Positions 57,392 through 64,000 of a DNA stretch of 64,000 nt are shown in pieces. A program made the position numbers and the translations under genes. This stretch comes from Gemmatimonadota bacterium. Its GTDB lineage: Bacteria; Gemmatimonadota; Gemmatimonadetes; Palauibacterales; KS3-K002. The stretch spans positions 3,847 through 67,846 of the forward strand of contig JBDHJS010000032.1 in NCBI GenBank assembly GCA_039586795.1, in the 5' to 3' direction. Below the pieces are notes generated by a model. The model saw only the letters and a program-made list of their open reading frames with translations. It did no database searches and had not been told where the DNA came from. Position 1 is the first letter of the stretch. The number at the start of each line of letters is the position of its first letter.

Positions 57392-59842
57392 ATGAAGCTG
57401 CTTCGCCTCGGTTTGAAGCGCTTCCGGCAGCACGCCGACACTCAACTCGAGTTCCGGCCAGGGCTCACCGGCATCATAGGGCCAAACGGGGCCGGCAAGA
57501 CAACGATCCTGGAGGCGATCGCCTGGGCGATCTACGGCGCGCCGGCGATCCGCGGCACAAAGGATACCCTCCGTTTCAATCGCGCTCCCGGTCGATCAAC
57601 GGTGCGCGCCGAACTGGAGTTCGAACTGCGCGGCGAACGGTTCCGCGTGAGCCGAACGCCCCGCACCGCCGAGCTCTTCAAAGCGGAAACGGAAGACCCG
57701 ATCGCCGCCGGAGTAATGGAGGTGACCCGGCAGCTGACCCGCCGTCTCGGTATGACGCGCCGCGAGTTCTATAACACCTACTTCACGGGCCAGAAGCAAT
57801 TGCAGTTCCTCGCGGCGATGAAGCCCGCGGAACGCGCTCGCTTCTTGTCACAGGTATTGGGTTACGAACGGTTGCGCATAGCACAGGATCTGGTCGGCGA
57901 ACAGCGCAGAGTGCTGCGTGGCCAGGTCGAGGAACTGACACGCACGCTGGGCGATCCGGAGAAGATCAAAGCGGAGTTAGAATCGACGGAGGAACGTCTC
58001 AAGGAGGCGAACGCGACGCTCGCCGGAGCAGAGAAGCAGCAAACCGAGGCCGCCACACGCTTCGCTGAGCTCGAGCCAGTGTGGACGGACTTGCAGGCCA
58101 AGCGCGAACGGTACACGGAACTGCAGCAGCAGATCCTCGTGGCGGATACAAAACTGGGACGTGTCGCGGAAGAGCAAAAGAAGGCGGAGGTCGAGCTTGC
58201 TACGCTCTCCGAGGCAGCTAGTGAACTGGACAAGTTGAGATCCGATGTAGCGCCACTCAGCGGCTTAAGGGAAGAAGAGGAGCAACTCCGCGTGCTGGCC
58301 GATACTGATTCGCGTCGCCGTGCTCTGGCTGGCCAGCTAGAGGAGCAGCGCAACCGCGTCGAAGCTATAGCCAAGAAGATCGGCGAGCAGGAGGAGAAGG
58401 GCCGCGGCCGAGACGAGCTAAAGGAGAAGCTCGCTCAACAGGAAGAAGAGTGTGAGCGGCTCGAAAAGAAGCGAGAGGAGGTGGCGTCGCACTGGCAGGG
58501 TGACAGACAGGAAGTGGCTGCCCAGCTTCGCATTCTGCTAGACCAGGCCAAGGAGCTTGAAGACAAGGTAGCGCAACTCGAGAAGGAGGGTCCTGACGGC
58601 GTTTGCCCGACGTGTCAGCGACCTCTGGGTGCGGAATACGAGAGCGTGCTCGGTCTGGTACGCGATGACTACGAGAACATCGTTCAGGATGGGAAGTGGT
58701 TCCGCAAACGGGAAAAACAACTCGAAGCCGAGCCGCAAGAGGTCATTGAGTCTCGCGAGATACTCGGCGTGGCGCGTGAGGAACAGGAACGGTTGATGGC
58801 CCAGCTCGCGGAGGCGGAATCGGCATCGTCGCAGGCAGCAAGCCTGAGATCGGAGCTGGAAGCCGAGGAGGTGCGGGCCCGGAAGCTGGCGGGTGAGATC
58901 GCTGTACTGGCGGAAGGCTACGACCCAGTCCGGCACAAGGACGTTCGTGAGTCCCTCGAACGGTTGAACGATCTGGAAAAACAGATAACACAGCTGGAAA
59001 CGCGCCTTGAACGCGAGCTAGCGCTGAAGGCTGATCTGGCGGAAGCCCAGGAGGAGGAGCGGCAGATAAGAAGCCAGATTGCTGAGCTGGAGAAGTTCCT
59101 CGCCGACCTCGGCTTCTCGGAGGACGAGTACGCAGCCGCCGGTCTCAGATTCGAAGAGGCTCGCGTTGCGCTGGAGGCGACCCGGTTGAAAGTGGCGGAG
59201 GCCAAAACGGAACTCGAGGGCGCACGCGCCGCTGCGGAGTCAGCGCGTCAGACGGAGAAAGAATACAAACAGTTGAAGAGCACGATCGGCGAGCGCGAAC
59301 GCGAGCTACGTTTGCACAACGGTCTCACGCGGGCGCTTGGCGAGCTCCGGCACGAGTTGAACGATCGTGTTCGTCCTGAGCTCTCGGAAGTCGCCAGCGT
59401 ATTCCTGACAGAGCTGACCGACGGCCGCTACAACCGACTCGATATCTCGAAAGACTACGATGTGGTAGTGCTCGATGACGGTGAGGAGAAGCCGGTGATA
59501 TCGGGCGGCGAAGAGGACCTGGCTAACCTGGTCCTACGACTAGCGATCAGCCAGATGATCGCCGATCGGGCGGGGCAGACCCTGTCATTGCTCATCTTCG
59601 ATGAAGTCTTCGGCGGGCTCGACGACCAACGCCGTGACAGCGTCGTGCGTCTGTTGCAGCGACTTCAAGATCGATTCGAACAGGTTGTGCTGATCACACA
59701 CATCGAATCGATACGGGACGGAATGGATCAGGTTGTCCGCGTGATGTACGATGACTCTTCTGGCGCCAGCCTGATTCAGGACGAGAGTCCCGGTGCATCG
59801 TCCGAGGAGCCCCGACTCGAAGATCTGGTTCTGACGACCTGA
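57392..59842 (+). CDS. Rad50/SbcC-family SMC-like ATPase with zinc hook
   Basis: Walker A GPNGAGKTT. Roughly 550 aa of coiled coil with a central CPTC (58604-58615). Signature ISGGEEDLANL and Walker B LLIFDEVFGGLD. Confidence 0.85.
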   Translation: MKLLRLGLKRFRQHADTQLEFRPGLTGIIGPNGAGKTTILEAIAWAIYGAPAIRGTKDTLRFNRAPGRSTVRAELEFELRGERFRVSRTPRTAELFKAETEDPIAAGVMEVTRQLTRRLGMTRREFYNTYFTGQKQLQFLAAMKPAERARFLSQVLGYERLRIAQDLVGEQRRVLRGQVEELTRTLGDPEKIKAELESTEERLKEANATLAGAEKQQTEAATRFAELEPVWTDLQAKRERYTELQQQILVADTKLGRVAEEQKKAEVELATLSEAASELDKLRSDVAPLSGLREEEEQLRVLADTDSRRRALAGQLEEQRNRVEAIAKKIGEQEEKGRGRDELKEKLAQQEEECERLEKKREEVASHWQGDRQEVAAQLRILLDQAKELEDKVAQLEKEGPDGVCPTCQRPLGAEYESVLGLVRDDYENIVQDGKWFRKREKQLEAEPQEVIESREILGVAREEQERLMAQLAEAESASSQAASLRSELEAEEVRARKLAGEIAVLAEGYDPVRHKDVRESLERLNDLEKQITQLETRLERELALKADLAEAQEEERQIRSQIAELEKFLADLGFSEDEYAAAGLRFEEARVALEATRLKVAEAKTELEGARAAAESARQTEKEYKQLKSTIGERERELRLHNGLTRALGELRHELNDRVRPELSEVASVFLTELTDGRYNRLDISKDYDVVVLDDGEEKPVISGGEEDLANLVLRLAISQMIADRAGQTLSLLIFDEVFGGLDDQRRDSVVRLLQRLQDRFEQVVLITHIESIRDGMDQVVRVMYDDSSGASLIQDESPGASSEEPRLEDLVLTT

Positions 59843-59851
59843 AGCCCTGCC

Positions 59852-62395
59852 CTAGTTCCCCCCTCCACCTTCGACGTTCGTGTCCGACGGCAGCTCTATG
59901 GGCTGCGTCTCCATGTCCGTCATCGGTATGGGCGGTACGGTGGTCTCCGCTCTTTCCGGTCGCATGTCCTCCGGCAGCGGACCGATCGCCACCTCCAAAA
60001 AATCGATGGCCCGGTTCACGGCCGAGTCGGATGCGGTCTGGTTTCCGACCACCAGATGGGCGTTCGCCAGCGCCATGTACGCCTGATAGTACTGCAGCGG
60101 GATACCGCTGGTCGTTGGGTCGGGCCAGTGCGACCAATCGGTGATGTCACGATAGATGTAGTGATCCTCCAACAACGTTCGCGTTCGTTCGACGTCGATC
60201 CAGAACGGCACGACGCGGCCGCCCTGCACACGCGCTTGAATCGGCACGGGGACGACCGTCGAAGTCGGTTGGAAGTCGCCGCTCGACTCTAGCCTGTAAG
60301 CGACACCCTGGCGAATCATCCAGGGCTGCAGGTTGAAGCGCTCGAAGGTTCCCGTGGTGCCGGCAAAGTACACGGGGCGATCGCCGGCTGCGGTTTGCAG
60401 GATCTGCAACAGCATGATGTCATTGCGCAGGAGGCGCGAGCCTCTGGGCAGGGTCCCGACGATGCCGCCAATAGGAACGGCCTGCGTATCGGGGAATACG
60501 GCGCAACGCCCTCCTTGGGTCGGGAAGCATTCCGGCACCGCGGCAATCTGCGCGTCCGTTGCCTCGAGAATCGGTCGCGTTGGCGGCGTCCACGCTGAGT
60601 CAGCGTATAGCGGTAGAGCCTTGTCGGGCTCGAACGGACGCTGGCAGATGATCCGCGACGCGTCACTGTTCGGGTCCTCGTCGCCGCAGGGTCGCGTCAG
60701 ATCACGGAGCTGTGTCGAGTACCACGGCGTTGCCAAATACGAATAGACGATCACCGTAACATCGCGGCGCAACCCCTCCACCTCTTGAAGATACCAGAGG
60801 GGGAATGTGTCGTTGTCGCCGTTGGTAAACACGATTGAATACGGGTCCACCGACATCAGGAGATTGTACGCCCAGTCGCGGGACGCGTAGTCTCCGGCGC
60901 GGCTGGCATAGCTCCAGTTCAACAACAGTGGTAGCAGAGCTACCAGCATTACCGGACTTGCCCGCTTTAGTTGGGCTGTGGTGATCCGTGCTTGCGCCTT
61001 GCCGAGGTACTCGGCGAGTTCGCGCCAGAGCGCTGCGAGTCCCACGCCGGCCCAAACGCCCCAGAACGAGAACGAGACTATGTAGAAGTAGTCGCGTTCA
61101 CGTACCTCGCGCCAATCCCGCGGCACGGGAACCATCGAACCGTCCGGGCCGACGGTAGTCGCCGGGACCGAATAGCCGTACCTGAAGTTCAGGTAGATGA
61201 CGAGACCGAACGAGACAGTGGCGAAGAGCGTCGCGAAGTAGATCCACGACAGGCGGTCTGCATAGTAGTGCCTCCAGGCACCAAACAGTCCGAGCAGCAA
61301 GAAGATTAGCGTGATCGGTGCACGCATCTTTGACAGGAACGTATTGCCACCGTCGAGGCTTCGCGCCCATTGCCAGTCGAAGTACTGGGCGAAGTTGGCA
61401 ACCTGCCATTTCACCAGTTCCAGGTCTCGTAGCGGGTTGCGGTCTGCGCCGGGTAGATACGTGACCGGATTCAGATTGATCGGTGGCTTCCGATACTGCT
61501 CGCGGCGTAGAGATGAGGCTAGCGCCGCGCAGCGGTCGTCTTCCTTCTTCGGCTTCAACAGCGACACGGGCGGATGCAACCGTACGATGTCGATCGTCGC
61601 ATCGACCAGGGACTCGCAAGCCGGCGCCGCTTCGTTGATAACCGGCTGCTGGTTCGCGCGAATCGGCAAGAAGAGCTGCGCCGACAGCCCCAAGAACCAC
61701 GCCATGGCGGCGAACGCGTAGAGTCGCCAGCGCGTCAGCACGCGGGGGTGCACCCAGAGAATGAACAGGAGCATCGCCGGCGCCACCAGAAACGCCATCA
61801 TGTGGTTGCCCAGCGACAATGCCAGCAGGAAGACGATCAAAATCAGTATGTTGTCGTCCTTGCCTTTTCCCAGATTGTCCCGCCACCTGAAGATGAGCCA
61901 GGTCAGCAACGCGATCGTCATCATGCTGACCGTGTAGACCTTCTCGTTCACCACCGACTGGTTCCACACGGTGAACGCGGTGGCGGACAGCAGAGCCGCG
62001 GCTGCCGCGCCAAGCAGGCGGTACATCTCGTCGGCGGAGAAGAAGGCCAGCACGCGATGAACGACCAGGAACCAGAACGCGGCCGCCGTGGCGCTCATCG
62101 CTGCGGAGAACAGGTTGATCTTTACGGCGATCGGCAACGGAACCGGAGCCATCAACAGCTCCCACGCCCGCGCCAGGATGATGAATACCGGGTTACCCGG
62201 GGGATGCGGGATGCCCATGATATGGGCGGTGGCAATGTACTCGCTGGTGTCCCAGAATGCAGTGCTGGGTGCCAGCGTGATGACGTAGAGGGCAAAGACC
62301 GCCAACCCTACGATGCCAGCCCACCTGTAGGGAGGCTGGAAGTCCGGGGCGCCAACTTCGGGCGCATCTATGCGTTCGGCTTTTTCCTGTGCCAT
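59852..62395 (-). CDS. DUF2723/TMEM260-like polytopic membrane protein (GT-C-type glycosyltransferase fold likely)
   Basis: N-terminal FWDTSEYIATAHIMGIPHPPGNPVF motif and about 10 or more TM segments, followed by a large soluble C-terminal region. Confidence 0.75.
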   Translation of the reverse strand: MAQEKAERIDAPEVGAPDFQPPYRWAGIVGLAVFALYVITLAPSTAFWDTSEYIATAHIMGIPHPPGNPVFIILARAWELLMAPVPLPIAVKINLFSAAMSATAAAFWFLVVHRVLAFFSADEMYRLLGAAAAALLSATAFTVWNQSVVNEKVYTVSMMTIALLTWLIFRWRDNLGKGKDDNILILIVFLLALSLGNHMMAFLVAPAMLLFILWVHPRVLTRWRLYAFAAMAWFLGLSAQLFLPIRANQQPVINEAAPACESLVDATIDIVRLHPPVSLLKPKKEDDRCAALASSLRREQYRKPPINLNPVTYLPGADRNPLRDLELVKWQVANFAQYFDWQWARSLDGGNTFLSKMRAPITLIFLLLGLFGAWRHYYADRLSWIYFATLFATVSFGLVIYLNFRYGYSVPATTVGPDGSMVPVPRDWREVRERDYFYIVSFSFWGVWAGVGLAALWRELAEYLGKAQARITTAQLKRASPVMLVALLPLLLNWSYASRAGDYASRDWAYNLLMSVDPYSIVFTNGDNDTFPLWYLQEVEGLRRDVTVIVYSYLATPWYSTQLRDLTRPCGDEDPNSDASRIICQRPFEPDKALPLYADSAWTPPTRPILEATDAQIAAVPECFPTQGGRCAVFPDTQAVPIGGIVGTLPRGSRLLRNDIMLLQILQTAAGDRPVYFAGTTGTFERFNLQPWMIRQGVAYRLESSGDFQPTSTVVPVPIQARVQGGRVVPFWIDVERTRTLLEDHYIYRDITDWSHWPDPTTSGIPLQYYQAYMALANAHLVVGNQTASDSAVNRAIDFLEVAIGPLPEDMRPERAETTVPPIPMTDMETQPIELPSDTNVEGGGGN

Positions 62396-62485
62396 TTCTC
62401 GATGATTGCTGGGTTTTCTCTCAAAGTATGGCCGCTGTGGCGGACTATATATATGTCAGGTGCTTGCTACGCTCAATGCCTGTCG

Positions 62486-64000
62486 CTACGCCGGCTCCAG
62501 CAGCAGGTCCCCGGTCTTCGCTGCCTGTAGGCTCCAACCGACGGGGAGCCACGTGGTGCTGCTGTATTCGGCGATGATCGCCGGGCCCGCTATGCGGTGG
62601 TCCGCACCCAGCGCCTCTCGTAGGTACATCGGGACCTCGTTCCAGCTTCCATTGAAGTAGACGCGGGTCGAACCTGCAGGGTTCGCCGGCGCTGCGCCGG
62701 GAGTCAGGCTTGGCGGTTCCACGCGGGATACTTTCGCTCGCGCAACGACTCTCACGGTTACGGCTTCCACTGGGGCGGCATCGCGGCGGAACCCGAAACG
62801 CTGGTCGTGCGCCGTGTGAAACGCCTCCAGCCACTCCTCCGAGGCGGGGACGGTGAGCTCGTAGCTCTGTCCGCGGTAGCGAGCGTCGATGGCGCGCTCG
62901 ATGGCGACCGCATCTTCTGGAACGCCCTCGCTCTCCAGCTCGGTGCGCGCCGATGCCTCCAGGTCCCCGAACACCGGCTGCAGTGCGGCAAGCTCTGCTT
63001 CCGCCCCGCTGCGCAGTACGCTTCTTGATGCATCCTTCCGAACGTCGGCGACGAGTATGCCGCGCGCCGACAGAGTGCCGGGGTCCGGCGGCACCAACAC
63101 GCGCGGTACGCCCAGTCTCGCCGCTAACTCGACAGCATGAAGCGGTGCCGCGCCGCCGAAGGCCACGAGCACCAGGTCAGCCGGGTCGTAGCCCCGCTCC
63201 ACCGAGATGAGCCGCAACGCACCCTCCATCCGTGTGTTCGCGACTTCCAGCACACCCTCTGCCGCAGCCTCCGTCGTCTGACCGAGTTCCTCGGCAAGTT
63301 TCTCTAGAGGGCCTGCGACGGAATCACGATCCAACTGCTGGCGACCGCCCAGGAACAGGTCGGGCGGTATGCGACCGAGCCAGACATGCGCGTCGGTCAC
63401 GGCGACATCCGTACCGCCGCGGCCATAGCAGATCGGTCCGGGAACCGCGCCGGCGCTCTCGGGCCCGACCTTGAGCGCGCCCCCGGGGTCGCGCCGCGCC
63501 AGCGAGCCGCCGCCCGCGCCTACCGTATGAATGTCCAGCACCGGGATCGCCACGGCGCAGCCGGATATCTCGTACTCCCTGGTGGCCAGCGGTCGGCCCG
63601 GGCACAGCGAAACGTCGGTCGATGTACCACCCATGTCGAACGATAGAACCCGGTCGTAGCCGGCCCGCTTCGCTGCCTCGAGAGCCGCTACCACGCCGCC
63701 CGCCGGTCCGGACAAGATGGTATGCACCGGCTCCCGCACAGCGCGTTCGACGGAAAACGCGCCACCACCTGAGGCCATGATTCGCACGCGTTCAGCGCCG
63801 CTCTCCGCACCCAGCGTTCCCAGGTAACGCGTGACCAGCGGAGCCACATAGGCATTAGTCAGCGCCGTCGAAAAGCGTTCGTATTCACGATACTCCGGTA
63901 GCAGACGCGCCGAGCAGGTGATGGGGACACCAAGCGCTTCGAGGATCTTGGCCGCCGCTTCCTCGTGCGCCGGGTTCGCGTAGCTGTGCAAAAAGCCGAT
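62486..64000 (-). CDS. hydantoinase/oxoprolinase family protein (HyuA-like), 5' end outside window
   Basis: The ORF is open to the window edge. Hydantoinase_A-type segments include VLSFDMGGTSTDVS and HTVGAGGGSLA. Confidence 0.85.
   Translation of the reverse strand: MGFLHSYANPAHEEAAAKILEALGVPITCSARLLPEYREYERFSTALTNAYVAPLVTRYLGTLGAESGAERVRIMASGGGAFSVERAVREPVHTILSGPAGGVVAALEAAKRAGYDRVLSFDMGGTSTDVSLCPGRPLATREYEISGCAVAIPVLDIHTVGAGGGSLARRDPGGALKVGPESAGAVPGPICYGRGGTDVAVTDAHVWLGRIPPDLFLGGRQQLDRDSVAGPLEKLAEELGQTTEAAAEGVLEVANTRMEGALRLISVERGYDPADLVLVAFGGAAPLHAVELAARLGVPRVLVPPDPGTLSARGILVADVRKDASRSVLRSGAEAELAALQPVFGDLEASARTELESEGVPEDAVAIERAIDARYRGQSYELTVPASEEWLEAFHTAHDQRFGFRRDAAPVEAVTVRVVARAKVSRVEPPSLTPGAAPANPAGSTRVYFNGSWNEVPMYLREALGADHRIAGPAIIAEYSSTTWLPVGWSLQAAKTGDLLLEPA

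Noticed and set aside
61098-62530. 355-aa (-) and 318-aa (+) ORFs overlapping the DUF2723 membrane protein gene
   Set aside because: They are off-frame or antisense to an 847-aa ORF with a clear family motif and TM periodicity, and their compositions are highly biased.

Overview
GC-rich, densely coding bacterial chromosomal segment with about 50 protein genes and strong GC3 bias. I found no rRNA, tRNA, CRISPR array, transposase or integrase. Most genes are housekeeping or metabolic: ogt, FTCD-like ftcD, nadE, speE/speH with an Lrp-family regulator, glxK, glyQS, nth, tnaA, the large NAD-glutamate dehydrogenase, a Cys/Met PLP enzyme, a tricorn-like protease, an S46 peptidase, carB, and a crtZ / crtB-crtI-crtY carotenoid cluster. 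S46 and tricorn peptidases, a DUF2723 membrane protein, sigma-54 regulation and crt genes fit a Gemmatimonadota- or Rhodothermota/Bacteroidota-like organism, but I cannot determine taxonomy without a search. The best candidate for an undescribed system is a tightly coupled five-gene string at 52412-59842. It encodes a HerA-like ATPase with a deviant P-loop, two paralogous ~295-aa signal-peptide proteins, an Mre11/SbcD-type nuclease and a Rad50/SbcC-type ATPase with a CPTC zinc hook. This resembles the archaeal herA-mre11-rad50-nurA layout, with the NurA slot taken by exported paralogs. Other notable observations: (1) a sigma-54 promoter next to an NtrC-type activator and a complete phosphorelay locus, heading a small Zn-ribbon gene and possibly an ATP-grasp / 4xZn-ribbon peptidase / ogt string; (2) inverted arrays of a 7-bp repeat in the leaders of the divergent lrp-like and speE genes; (3) a 31-bp-arm AT-rich palindrome built from heptamers; (4) a C2H2-type zinc-finger signature replacing a conserved segment of FTCD; (5) an apparent in-frame loss of the GGQT motif in the second half of CarB; (6) an unannotated 44-codon MetS-like ORF after tnaA; (7) two paralogous membrane proteins flanking a protein with Hpt-like modules. 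All calls rest on motif recognition by eye. No database search was run.
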